A stretch of DNA of 64,000 nucleotides from Torpedo marmorata (Eukaryota): positions 16,802,001 through 16,866,000 of the forward strand of contig OZ360230.1 of the NCBI GenBank assembly GCA_977017645.1. The letters run 5' to 3'. Below, piece by piece: positions 38,705 to 51,697 of the stretch. Numbering within the stretch: the first letter of the stretch is position 1; each line of letters begins with the position of its first letter. The notes under the pieces are model-generated. The model saw nothing but the letters and a program-made list of their open reading frames with translations, made no database searches and was not told the DNA's origin. The position numbers and the translations under genes were made by a program.

Positions 38705-39932
38705 GATGCATACATCAGGATGCTCTTTATCGACTACAGTTTGGCATTTAACACCATCATCCCCTCAAAACTGATCAACAAACTCCAAGACCTGGGAGTT
38801 AACACCCCACTGTGTAATTGGATCATGGATTTCCTCACCTCCTGACCACAATCAGTGAAGATTGGTAAGAACTTCTCCTCCACAATCACCATCAGTACCG
38901 GAGCACCACAGGGCTGTGATCTTAGCCCCCTGCTCTACTCACTTTACACCTACGACTGTGTGGTTCGGTATGACAATAACACCATCTACAAATTTGCCGA
39001 CGATAACGTGGTAGTGGGTTGTATAAAGGAAGGGGATGAGTCAGCATACAGGATGGAGATTGAAAACTTGGCTGAATGGTGCACCAACAACAACCTTGCA
39101 CTCAATGTCACCAAAACTAAGGAGCTGATTGTTGACTTCAGGAAAGGAAAGCCAGAGGTATACAATCCAGTGATCATTGGGGGATCAGAGGTGGAGAGGG
39201 TGAGCAAATTTAAGTTCTTGGGAGTCACTATCTCGGAGGATCTTTCCTGGACCCAACACACCAATGGCATCGTGAAGAAAGTACGTCAGCGCCTCTACTT
39301 CCTCATGAGTTTGCAGAGGTTTGGTATGACACCAGAAACCCTGGCAAATTTCTGCAGAGGTGTGGTGGAAAGTATGCTGACCGGCTGCATCACGGTCAGG
39401 TATGGAAACACCAATACCCCTGAGCGTAAAGCCCTCCAAAAGATAGTGGGCACAGCCCAGGACATCACAGGCAAAACCCTCCCCACTATTGAGTACAACT
39501 ACAGGGAGTGCTGCCGACGGAGAGCAGCAGCAATCATCATAGACCCTCACCACCCAGCACACGCTCTGTTCTCGCTGCTGCCTTCAGGAAAGAGGTAAAG
39601 ACTTGCACCACCAGGTTCAAGAACAGCTGCTACCCCTCCAGCATCAGACTCCTCAACGACAAACTCAATCAGAGACTCATTTAAGGACTCTTACTTGTGC
39701 ACTTTATTGATTTTCTTTTTGTTCTCTCTGTATTACACGGTCAGTTTGTTCACATTCGTTATATGTTTACAGTTCTTTGTTTGTTTACGTTTTACACTGT
39801 GTACAGTTTATTTTTTTGCACTACCAATTAGTGGTAATTCTGCTGCGCGCACAGGAAAAAGGAATCTCAGGGTTGTATGTGATGTCATGTACAGGTATGT
39901 ACTCTGACAATAAATCTGAAATCTGAATCTGA
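38705..39932 (+). mobile_element. Rex1/Babar LINE, 5'-truncated, RT with stops
   Basis: [47 protein letters not shown] and FKFLGV. Tail tgacaataaatctgaaatctgaatctga. Confidence 0.93.
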
Positions 39933-42084
39933 GCCCAGGAAATAGGACCTCATTAAGAAAAGGCAAAGGTATTATTCAGGGTATTGGTCCATTGTAGATA
40001 GAGGAAGAAACTGGCTACTTTCAACCAAGTATTTATATAATGCTTTAAAAGTTTGTGAAAATTAAGACATTACTAAAAGTTTCTTAAATCTTTTGAGTTC
40101 AACATTTATTCTATTCATGGAGGTTCGAAAAGTTGACTAAAATTCATTTTCAATACCTAACAACTTACGTTAGCGTATGTATTCCTTTGTTATGCATACG
40201 TTTCTGTGTGTTTATTGCAGCAATGTATGTTAGCACCATTCTTAAAAAAATATTTTTTGCATCAGTTTGAATATTTTACTTTTGATACCAGACACCCAGG
40301 GCTTTTCTGAGTGACACAGTGAATGAATTGTGAACATGGTTAAGATTGTCCAGATTTCGTTCATTTTAGATTTTAATGATAATCCGAGAGGGACTGATAT
40401 TAGAGCTGGATTCCATTCTGTGTTCCAAGGAAATCTTGGCTGTTTTAACGTATTGGACCACCCAGTCCCTGAATATTCTGCAGCATTTAAAATTTATGGT
40501 ACTGAAGAAATTAACATTTTAAACCAAGTGAAACTAGTTTGCATAAATTAGTGCCAGATAATTAAACTTTTTGTGTGCACAAACAAAACCAATTTGTTTA
40601 GGATTCACATGTGCAGCAGTTTAACAAAGCCATGTTTCAACATGGCTTCATACGTGCATTATTCTCACAGTGCAATAACATTTGGTAAAACGCAAATCCC
40701 TGTTTCAGAATTATAAATATATTTTAGAAAATAATGTGTTTGGTAACTGCTGAAAAACCCAACAGAGATGTGAGGTCTCTCATTTGCTCCTGTTAATGTG
40801 CTAAGACCACTGCATGACTGGACCGTGCTGTGATTTTCATTCTTCTCAGTTGAATTACTGCCCGCTGAGATGTTGCTCAAGTTCTCCTGAACTCTGTGGC
40901 ATTTTCTTTCATTTGAGTCAAGGCTCACTGCAGATTGGTAGGCAAGGGACAAGCAGGGCAGCCTGCAGCTCATTAGCTGGCAAAATTACCATTTTCACAG
41001 TATTTTCCCCCCCTGTTATAATTATTCCTCAAGAATGGGTTTGTATAACTGACTGCACTATAAGTGCCGGAACTGAAGCAAGAGGCTGCACTGGGTGAAA
41101 AAATATCTGCCTTGTGCAATTAACTATCAACTTGCTTTGGGGGGTGGCTGATGCCATCATTGTTAACCCCCTGTCAGATCCTTTGTTCCAGGCTAGTGCA
41201 TGCCTGAGTCCATTCTCAGAAGTCAATGCACATTTATTTTCCCTGGTCTATAGTTCTCTTTAGCCTTCATAGAAGTTCATGCCTTATTGTATTCTGTTAC
41301 GATACACGGAAAACGTTAGAGTAGCAGAGGCCACACACAGAATATTGCTTACTACACATTCTTTCTATGCCCACCCTCAGATACTTTGAAACTGAATAGT
41401 TTATGTACTTTTGACATATTTTAAAATACCATTGAAGCATGCTGAAGTGTGAATCGGAGGGCACACTCGTCACTTCAACTGAATGTGAAATAGGTCCTGC
41501 TTTCAATTATTTTTACAGTTAAAGAGAACACTTCAAGTCAGTAAACTAACCGACTTAATGCTTCGAAATAAAAAAAGAAAGTAAACTGCGCATTCTTCTT
41601 GAAATAAAGACCACAGTGTAGTTTCAAAATTTAAAATCATGATTAAAAGTAAACAAGCAAAATTGTAGTACTGCTAAGTTTTTTGAACATGTAAGTTCAG
41701 TGCACATTGGATCTGAAACTTGGTATTTGAAATGTGGATTAGCCAGGGCCATGTTCAGATTCTTTAAAGCTAATTTACAAAGTTTGGTTTGCTCCAAACT
41801 AATGTGCAAAATGCAAGCACTGAATTGTCCTTCACTGATCTCTGTGGCAGTGTTAGAATGAATGTACTGGCAATATTGACCAATGATCATCAAATCATGG
41901 CCACTTATTTACCTGATTTTAGATCTATGGATGCAGACACGTTGAACTGCTGTCTGTATCTGTTAATTTCCAGTGAGAAAAATTTGAGGCATGGAGATAA
42001 TGGCACATGAACTAGAAATAACTAAACCTGATCTCCACGGAAGGCATTAAAATAAATTGCAAACAAAACTCTTTCACTGGCACC

Positions 42085-42175
42085 AAAACAGAAAGTGCTG
42101 GAAAATCACAGCAAGTCAGGTTTGGAAAGGGAAACAATGTTTTGGATCTGAGACTTTTCTTAAGAAATGTGAAAG
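42085..42175 (-). mobile_element. Penelope-like 3' tail fragment (old)
   Basis: aaaacagaaagtgctggaaaatcacagcaagtcagg..gttttggatctgagacttttctt. Confidence 0.5.
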
Positions 42176-42442
42176 AGAGAGATGAAAGTAGGTTTTCATG
42201 AGAAGGAAGGATTGGGAAGGGATGTGTGGAACAAAGGGAATGGTTGTGATCGGCTAACTCAAAATGTCATGACACTTTGAGATGGTTAATGGTGGGTGTA
42301 GATTGAAAGGCCTGTTTTGGCACTGTATTTCTCTATTACTGTGCCAGTTAAAAGTGACTGCTTTTGTTCCTTGCTTGAAAGGGCCCACGTGCAATGAATA
42401 GAACTGCGAAATTGGAGTTATTGTTTGAATGATGTTGGTAAA

Positions 42443-43097
42443 GAACCATAGAAAACGTCAGTACAGAAACAGGCCCTTTGGCCCTTCTAGCATGTGCCGA
42501 ACTATTATTCTGCCTAGCCCCACTGACCATCACCCAGACCATATCCCACCATACCTCTCCCATCCATGTACCTGTCCAAAGTTTTCTTAGGTGTCAAAAT
42601 TGAGCCTGCGTTCACGAATTCAGCTGGCAGCTCTTTCCACACACTCACCACTCTCTGCATGGTTTCCTCTAATGTTCCCTTTAAACTGTTCCCTTCACCC
42701 TTAACCCACGTCCTCTAGTTTTTATCTCACCTAACCTCAGTGGAAAAAAAACCTGCTTGCATTTACTCCATCTATACCCATCATAATTTTCTATACCTCT
42801 ATCAAATCTCCCCTCATTCTTCTATGCTCCAGGGAATAAAGTCATAACCTACTTAACCTGTCCCTGTAACTTAGTTCCTCAAGTTCCAGCAACATCTCCT
42901 CTGTGCACTTTTAATCTTATTGATATCCTTCCTCTAGTTAGATGGCCAAAATTGCACACAATGCTCCAAATTTGGCCCCACCAATGTCTTATCCAACTTC
43001 ACCATAACATTCCAATCTCCATACTCAATACTTTGATTTATAAAAGCCAATGTGCCAAAAGCTCTTTTCACGACCCTATCTACCTGTGACGCCACTT
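42443..43097 (-). mobile_element. CR1 LINE 3' fragment
   Basis: Collinear with 3850-4520 (cagaaacaggccc tail; tacctctatcaaatctcccctca; tccaaatttggcc..ccaatgtcttat). Confidence 0.88.
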
Positions 43098-43109
43098 AAT
43101 TGTTTCACT

Positions 43110-43429
43110 TTAAATTTTCAATTTAAATGTAAATTTTTTTTAAGTTAAATTTAAAAAAATTTTAATTTTAATTTTAAATTTAGACATACAGCACAGTAAC
43201 AGGCCATTTCTGCCTACGAGTCCATGCCACCCCATTTACACCCCATTAACCTACACCCCCAGTATGTTTCGAACAGTGGGAGGAAACCGGAGCCCCCGGA
43301 GAAAACCCACGCAGACACGGGAAGAACGTACAAACTCCATATAGACAGCGCGGGATTCGAACCCCGGTCCGGTTCCGATCGCTGGAGCTGTAAAGGCGTT
43401 GCGCTAACCGCTACGCCAACCATGCGCCC
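43110..43429 (-). mobile_element. Young tRNA-derived V-SINE (HE1-like) with CR1-type tail
   Basis: Pol III A-box TGGCGTAGCGG (43408-18) and B-box GGTTCGAATCC (43353-63), V-domain gtctgcgtgggttttctccgg..ctccggtttcctccca, a tail shared with the CR1 3' end at 3865-3910, and an AT-rich terminus. Confidence 0.9.
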
Positions 43430-43546
43430 TTCCAACAATCAAATACATATCTCAAATATAAATGTTTTTGATGGGCCAATAACACAGTGTAAATGCTGTA
43501 ATACTGTTTGTTAATGTTAAAAAATTTTGCAAGTAATTTTGCTGTA

Positions 43547-44351
43547 CAGGGCAGTCCCCGGGTTGAAAACGCCCGATTTACGAACATCTCATACTTACGT
43601 ACCGAGAAGCTGACCGGAAGTAGAATACCGTGAACTTCCGGTTTGAGCGTGGTTATGCTGTAGGATACTCTCGCGTGATGCTGCCATCGCCCAGCATCGT
43701 GAGAGAGTATGCTGTAGGATACTCTCGCACGATGCTGCCATCACCCAACAACACGAGAGAGTAGCATACCGCATTTCGCGGGAACATTCGAAAGGGGGGA
43801 GCGAGAGGGAGGAGTGAGTGAGCGAGCGGGAGGGAGGGGCGAGCGAGCAGGAGGGAGGGGCAAGCGAGTGGGAGGGAGGGAGGAGCAAGTGAGCGAGAGG
43901 GAGGGAGGGGCGAGCAAGCGAGAGGGAGCGAGCGAGTGAGCGGAAGGAGCGAAGATGCGGGTGGGCCGTGGGGTTGGGGTCGGGGTCGCTGCCATCGCCC
44001 AGCATCGCGAGAAAGTAGCCACCTCTCCATCATCTTCTCCTGTAAGTGTTAACTTTTAATCATGATCTTATGACCGTATGTAGTTACATTTATTATTACG
44101 TACACTACTGTATTATTACCTGTATTATTATTATGTACTGTATTATTATGTTTAAGATGTTTTAGTGTATTGGGAAGTGTTTTATATGCATTTAAAGGTA
44201 AAATATATACTATATATACTAAATACTAAGATAAACATTTGACTAACTGACGCTAAATAAGGACCATATGTACCTGTTCCGACTTACATACAAATTCTAC
44301 TTAAAAACAGACCTAGGTAACGGAACTCATTTTTAACCCGGCCACTGCCTG
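43547..44351. mobile_element. Tc1/mariner (Tigger-like) non-autonomous element
   Basis: TA-CAGGGCAGTCCCCGGGTT ... AACCCGGCCACTGCCTG-TA. The interior holds 54-bp repeats and a GA-rich tract. Confidence 0.8.
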
Positions 44352-45214
44352 TAGTTACAAAAACAGAACAGAACTAAAGGCAGTATTTTGCTGTCATTTA
44401 TTTAAACAATGAAATGAACATGCCTTCAGTCATTTAGTATTCTTCATATAATTTGTTTATAAATCAATGATCTGAAATTGATGACAAAAATTGTGTTGAT
44501 ATCAGAATTGAGTCTTATGCATTAACAGCGAGCCATGTGGTAAGGATATACTTTGTGGACCATTGTCAGCTTAAGTACCAACTCGATCCTCAGTGAAGTA
44601 GCTCTGCGGTGTTGTCCTGCAAAACACCACTTATGAGACAGAAGTAGTTCTGCCCGTGAAAAGCTGAACAAATTTCTCAGCTGGCTGAGCCATGACCACA
44701 GATTAGCAGGCCTTCACACCTGTGTAAAACTTTAAATGTCCAGAAGCATTCAACCACCAATAAAAACAACAAAACAATTCAAGTAAAAGCTGTTCAACAA
44801 AAAAAAAGAACAATATAAAAAACATTTTTAAAAATATGATTGATCCGAACCATGTAAATTACCTATTGCCTTGGTGCTAAGGAAGGAATAGATCTGCTGT
44901 TCCTGTGCAAGGTCTATCCTAGCCTAGGTTCAGCAGACAGATTAGATTCCCTTGCATATTATGCTAGGGAAATGCTAGAGGTTTTGGCAGGATTCTATGC
45001 AAAGCCCAACATTGAAGTGCAGAAATAACTGAGGAGAATTGGGCAACCAGCTGAGGATTTTCAAGTTTATCTGAAAATCCTGATTTATGAGGAGAAATTC
45101 CAAAGTGCTGGCTTGCTTCTTGGCTACTTGAAACGCAGAGAAAACCTTCAGATTAAAAATATCGGACCAAGATTAAATCTCTACTGTAATGAGACTACCT
45201 GTGGTACATTGGGG

Positions 45215-46985
45215 TTTACACCCAACCATGTTTTAAATGTCCTCTGACACTTCCGCAAATTACAGCACAATCCTACTCCCAGCCACATCATCCCCTATAC
45301 AATTTTCACAAGGATAAATCTCTCTGAGATTCCCTAGTCCGCTCTTCCCTTCCCACATTCCCTTCCACCTCCGAGGCACTTCATGCTGTAACCACTGAAA
45401 GTGCAAAACCTGTCCCTCCATCTCCTCACTCACCTCCATCCAGGACCTCAAACAGACCTTCCAGGTGAGGCAGAGCTTCACATACACATCGTCCAACCTA
45501 TTCTACTACATTCGGTATACCCGGTGCAGCATCCTCTACATTGGTGAGACCCAACGCAAATTGGGTGACCACTTCGCTGAACACCTACACTCTGTTTGTG
45601 GCTCTCAATGAGCTTCCTGCAGCCAACCATTTCAAGCCCCTCAACCATTCCTACAATGACACATCTATCCTTGGTCTCATCCATTAACAGGGTGAGGCTA
45701 AATATAAACTTGAGGAACAACACATCACATTCCTCCAGACTTAATCTAACAGCTTGAACATTGATTTTTCTAATTTTAGGTAACCCCCATCCTCATTTGA
45801 TTCCACTGTTCAAGATTCAAGATTCAATTTATTGTCACAGCAATAAGACAGTGTCATATACCACGAAATTTCTTTTTGCCTGCTGCAAGGCAGACAGATT
45901 CGCCATTGGCAGAAATTGCCTTAGCGCCTCTAACATTCCTTACAGTCAGAGAAAGAGAAGTAAAAGAGAGTCCCCCCAGAGTCACCGAGTGTCCATAGAT
46001 TCCCCTCCAGCACTTCCGCAGCCACACAGAGTCCAGTCCAAACGAATGGCATCCCGAGCTCCAGATGCGAACCTCCAACATGGTCAGGTCGCCCTCGGCA
46101 CCCCCTCACATCCCGGTTCCGATACCTGGTACTCCTCCAGCCAGTTCGAGCCAACCTCCAGCAGTCCGCAGCCCGTCGTGAGTCCCCCGACAGCAGTTTC
46201 CAGCAGCCCACAGCCTCCGCGGGTTCCTCGCCTCGAGTCGCCAGCAGCCCGCCGCATGCACTGGTCCTTCAGCCTCAGAGCCCCTCACCGGTCCGCCGCT
46301 GTGCTCACCGTCCCGTGGGTCGTCTCCTCCGCTTCTCCTTCTCAGACGGGGGTGATCTTCCTGTCCACTAGTGCCCTGCTCCAGTCACCCGCTTCCCCGG
46401 AGTCTGCAGCCCCTCGTGGCTGCTGCCGATTAATAGGCGCTGCCATCTTGGGCGCAGACCCCGCGGTCGCGGGATCTCAAATAAAACCACCGTCGGCTCC
46501 TTTAACGGGCCGTTCAAAGCCCGTGCGGAACCGACGGCAGTCGACTGGGCCGCTGGACCCCGCGGGAGCGCTGTATCTCCGCTCCCACGCTCCTCGCGGG
46601 TCCGCACCAGCGGCAGCGCTCCCATTACAGCGGCTCCGGCAGCACCGCCATCTTCAACTCTACCTATTCCTATATTTTTTTCTCTCTCTATAACTTTTTT
46701 TCCCTCCCAATTTCCTAATCGTTTCTCCCTCTCCACTGTCTCTCCACCTCCTATACCTTCTGCCAATGTTCTAACACCTCTGGACCTCCCTGCCCAGCTT
46801 CTCTCCCCCCCCCACCCCCTTTATTAATCCAATTTTTCCTATTCTCTCTTAGTCTTGATAAAGGATTCAGGCCTGAAACATCGATCATTTCTATCCATGC
46901 ATGCTGTCTGACCTGCAGTTCCTTCAACAATTATTAGTCTGCTCAAGATTCCAGTATTTGCAGCTTTTGTGTTTCTCTTGTTGCT
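45215..46985 (+). mobile_element. Penelope-like element 3' part: decayed GIY-YIG endonuclease (~45380-45780) plus tail (46660-46985), split by an insertion
   Basis: Translates as C..KCKTCP ... FYYIRYTRCSILYIGETQRKLGDHFAEHLHS ... KLEEQHITF. The tail contains cttgataaaggattcaggcctgaaacatc. Confidence 0.85.
45809..46654 (-). mobile_element. Non-coding CpG-rich retroposon with a Rex1-type 3' end
   Basis: In element orientation it starts AAGATGGCGG and ends TGACAATAAA-(TTGAATC)n. It interrupts the Penelope fragment. Confidence 0.65.
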
Positions 46986-47253
46986 CAAATATGTTGCATT
47001 GTACGGGGCTGAATATTCCCAACCCATCTGATGCATTGCTGCATTACGTAGACATGGGCTCTGACATATCTGAATGCAGTGCATGCTGTGGAGTTTCTCC
47101 CTGGCACTGGTAAAAGAGCCCTAAATGGGGTCAGTGATTTTGGAGAAGATGGGCATAACTGCGGCAACATTGCTTACAAATCTGGCTGATATCCGTAGTG
47201 AGTTTGACCCTGACCTTTCACATACAAGGGGGAAAAAAAGAAAACCCTTAATT

Positions 47254-48286
47254 ATCAGAATTTATTGACATGAACAAGTCATGAAGTTCGGTGTTTTGCG
47301 GCAGCATCATAGTGCACACATTCATATTATAACCATTTTACGACATTACTATAAAAAAATATATATAAATAATAGTGCACGAAAAGTAAGGTAGTGTCTT
47401 TGGTTCATTGGTTATTTAGGAATGATGGCAGCGGGGAAGAAGCTGTCCTTGTGCCGTTGAGAGCTCGTCTTTAGGCTCCTGTGCCTTTTTCCCGATGGTA
47501 GCAGAGTGAAGAGGGCATGGCCTGGGTGGTGGGGGTCATTGAGGACAGAGGCTGTTTTTTTAAGACACCGCCTCATGTAGATGTCCTCGATGGAGTGAAG
47601 TCTGGTGCCTGTGATGTCACAGGCCGAGTTAACCACCTTCTGGAGTTTATTCTTGTCCTGGGAGTTGGCGCCTCCATACCAGGCAGTGATGCAACCAGCT
47701 AGAATGCTCTCCACGGTACACCTGTAGAAGTTTACGAGAGTCTTTGGTGACATACCGAATCTCCGCAGACATCTCACAAAGTATAGCCGCTGACGAGCCT
47801 TCTTTGTGATTGCATCAACGTGGAGGCTCCAGGACAGATCCTCAGAGATGTTGACACCCAGGAATTTGAAGTTCTTGACCCTCTCCACTACTGAGCCCTC
47901 GATGAGGACTGGGTCGTGTTCCCCTGACTTCCTCCTGAAGTCCACAATCATCTCCTTGGTTTTGCTGACATTGAGCACAAGGTTGTTGTTGTTACACCAT
48001 TCAACGAGCTGATCTATCTCCCTCCTGTACGCTTCCTCATTGCTGTTTGTGATTCTGCCGACAACTGTGGAGTCATCGGCAAACTTGTATATGGCATTGG
48101 AATTGTGCCTGGCCACACAGTCATGAGTGTATAACGAGTAGAGCAGTGGACTAAGCACGCATCCTTGGGGTGCGCCTGTGTTGATAATCAGTGAGGAGGA
48201 GACATTGTTTCCAATTCGTACTGACTGTGGTCTTTCGATGAGAAAGTCAAGGATCCAGTTGCAGAGGGGGGTACAGAGGCCTAGAG
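47254..48286 (-). mobile_element. Rex1/Babar LINE, 5'-truncated
   Basis: ORF 47412-48158 with [32 protein letters not shown] and LLPSGKR. Confidence 0.93.
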
Positions 48287-50012
48287 ACCCAATACACCAC
48301 TGGGGACATCTCTGAATAAATTCAGCCCTCTGTTGAAAGGGAAAATTTTATTAGTAATTAGTAGAAGTGGGCAGTTGAGAAGGGCTCTTCATAATTCAGC
48401 CAACAGCCTGTTCAGATTCTCCTACTTTTGAAAGGAAAAGTGATGCCAGTTCAGAAGGGCATCACTAAACCACATCTCTCCTTCCAGCTGTCAGGAATTT
48501 TGCTCTTAAATTTTCAAGCAAAAGTTTTCATTGAAATGCTTCCTCCTCTCGATTTTCATAATTGAAGAGTTAGAATTCACTGGTTGTTGGTGGAATTTCC
48601 GTGGGAAACTACCTGAAATATGCTTTCTCTTTATAAGTACAGCTTGCATTGGGGTGCACAACTTTCACCTAGGAATGTTTGGGCCCAATAGTTTTATTGT
48701 GTATAAAGGAAGAGTTAGAGAGGTGAAACGTCATAAAGGACCTTCCCCTCCTTGGGCTTTTAAATGACAAGTATTCGACCTGTTGTGACAAGATCAAGGC
48801 CTGAATTAGTTTTGGCACTATCAGCAGATAAATGCATGGTATTGTTGTTCATTTAATATAGAGGTTCACTGGTGGTATTAACCTACTAAATTTTAAATGG
48901 GTAAGTGCTTTTGTTAAAATAGCAAATTAAGGAGGTTTTAAAGGTGTCTGAACTGCAGTCTATTAAATATTGGCAACAACTATTTCCAGAACCAAAGAGT
49001 TTGAAACATGATGATGGATAAATGTGTGCCCCAGTTCCCAAAATATACCCTCAGGAGATGACAATCTGCCAGGCATACTGCAGATGAGAATCTACCCCTG
49101 TGGATTCGAATCAGCTTGTTGCCACAGCTGGCTGGAAACCAGACAAGAGGTTGGATACAACTTCAAACTGAAACCTGGTGCATGTGTATTTCCAATCTCT
49201 TTGGACCACCTGGATAGATGCGGTTCAATTTCCACCGCTCCCCCTTCCTGGCTCTCCCTGTAAAAGGAGATAGAAAATTAAAAGTGAGGCACTCAATAAA
49301 TACAAAGTGCGAACACTAGAAATCTGAACAAAGAGAAATGCTGGTAATGCACAATGCTGGTAAACAATCAGCCTAATTCATACTGTCATAGCTCTGATTA
49401 TTAATGACCCAAAATGTTGACTGTTCTTTGCACAGATATTGAATGATCCTGTCAGCTCTTCCTCAGCCAGATGGCATATGATACATTTGCCTATTTAGTT
49501 ACTATGATTGTGATATTCGTATAGAGAAGCAAGTTTGTTTTTAATCACCATACCTGGTCAATCCCTTGGTGAATTTTGCCCATTCAGTTTCTCTGTAGTT
49601 CTGTTTGCAACTTTGGTAATATAATCCCAGTTATGTCCTTGTCATTGCATCTGATTGTCATCTGATTGTAGCACCCAGTTGTTTCATTAGGATGCTTAGA
49701 ATGTAACTTTATATCAGTATCTGGGTAATTGTTCTTACTGGTGTTGCAAGAATGAATTCACAAAGACTACCCAATTATCATGCGTCCCTTGAGCGTACCC
49801 GAGTTTACTGTGGATCTGATAATTCTCCAAAGCGACCATGGTAATTTAGTGTGGCCTCCTCTGCATCAGTGAGACCAGTAGATCGGGCGACCACTTTGCA
49901 CAGCACTTGCACTCTCATTTTAATTACCTTTCCCATTCCCATACAGACATGTCTGTCATCTTCTCATCCATTGCTAGTGTGAGGCCAAGCATAAGCTTGA
50001 GGAACAACACTT

Positions 50013-51069
50013 CTACAAACTCTAGGCCTCTGTACCCCACTCTGCAACTGGATCCTTGACTTTCTCATCGGAAGACCACAGTCAGTACGAATTGGAAACA
50101 ACGTCTCCTCCTCACTGATTATCAACACAGGCGCACCCCAAGGATGCGTGCTTAGTCCACTGCTCTACTCGTTATACACTCATGATTGTGTGGCCAGGCA
50201 CAATTCCAGTGCCATATACAAGTTTGCCGATGACACCACAGTTGTCGGCAGAATCACAAACGGCAATGAGGAAGCGTACAGGAGGGAGATAGATCAGCTC
50301 GTTGAATGTTGTAACAACAACAACCTTGAGCTCAACGTCAGCAAAACCAAGGAGATGATTGTGGACTTCCAGAGGAAGTCAGGGGAACACGACCCAGTCC
50401 TCATCGAGGGCTCAGTCATGGAGAGGGTCAAGAACTTCAAATTCCTGGGTATCAACATCTCCGAGGATCTGTCCTGGAGCATCCACGTGGATGCAATCAC
50501 AAAGAAGGCTCGTCAGCGGCTATACTTTGTGAGGTGTTTGCGGAGATACGGTATGTCACCAAAGACTCTCGTAAACTTCTACAGGTGTACCGTGGAGAGC
50601 ATTCTGGCTGGTTGCATCACTGCCTGGTATGGTGGCGCCAACTCCCAGGACAAGAGTAAACTCCAGAAGGTTGTTAACTCGGCCTGTGACATCACAGGCA
50701 CCAAACTTCACTCCATCGAGGATATCTACATGAGGCGGTGTCTTAAAAAAGCAACCTCTATCCTCAAGGACCCCCTCCACCCAGGCCATACCCTCTTCAC
50801 TCTGCTTCCATCGGGGAAAAGGTACAGGAGCCTAAAGACGTGCACTCAACGGCACAAGGACAGCTTCTTCCCCGCTGCCATCAGATTCCTGAATAATCAA
50901 TGAACCAAAGACACTACCTTAATTTTCGTGCACTATTGTTTTAATTTTTTATAGTAATGTCGTTAGAATGGTTAATATGAATGTTAATTGCACTATGATG
51001 CTGCCGCAAAACACTGAATTTCATGACTTGTTCATGCCAATAAATTCTGATTCTGATTCTGATTCTGAT
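50013..51069 (+). mobile_element. Rex1/Babar LINE, 5'-truncated, open RT C-terminal frame
   Basis: ORF 50148-50903 is near-identical to 47412-48158. (ATTCTG)n tail. Confidence 0.93.
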
Positions 51070-51192
51070 ATTCCTGGACGGGCTTAAACCTAATGTCATG
51101 AACATCAATTTTCTTTTCAATTTTAGGTCCCCCCCCCCCCCCCCCCGTCTTCTATCTAGTTCACCTCCTCTTTACCTACCTCCATTTTACTT

Positions 51193-51697
51193 TATAGTGT
51201 GCAGTTCTGGTCTCCCTACTTGAGAAAGGATAGACTGGCTTTGGGGGCAGTGCAGAGGAGATTCGCCAGGTTGATTCTGGAAATGAAGGGGTTACCTTAT
51301 GAGGAGAGATTGAGCAGCCTGGGACTATACTCAGAGGAGTTTGGGGGAATCTTGTAGAGACATATAAACATAAAAGGGATAGAGAAGACAGAAGCAGGGA
51401 AGTGAGAGTAGAACGAGGGGGCATCGCCTCAAGATTCAGAATAGTACAGTTAATACAAAGATAAGGAGGAACTGCTTTTCCCAGAGTTGTGGAATTCTCT
51501 GCCCAAGGAACCAGTAGAAGCTACCTCATTAAACATAATACGACACAGATTTTAAAAGAGGGGAATTAAGGGTTATGGGGTAAAGGCAAGTATGTGGAGC
51601 TGTCCAAGGCCAGATCAGTCATGATTTTATTGAATGGTGAAACCGGCTTGATGGGCCAAAATGGCTGACTCCTGCTTCTATTTCTTACATTCTTATG
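51193..51697 (+). mobile_element. CR1 LINE 3' fragment
   Basis: gtgtgcagttctggtctccctac..gtgcagaggagattc; ends gggccaaaatggctgactcctgcttctatttctt. Confidence 0.75.

Noticed and set aside
43340-43429. tRNA gene
   Set aside because: The A and B boxes run directly into a V-SINE body and CR1 tail, and there is no complete cloverleaf.
45761-46693. 310-aa plus-strand ORF
   Set aside because: Non-ATG start, crosses TE junctions, low-complexity S/P/A composition. It is the antisense of a GC-rich retroposon.
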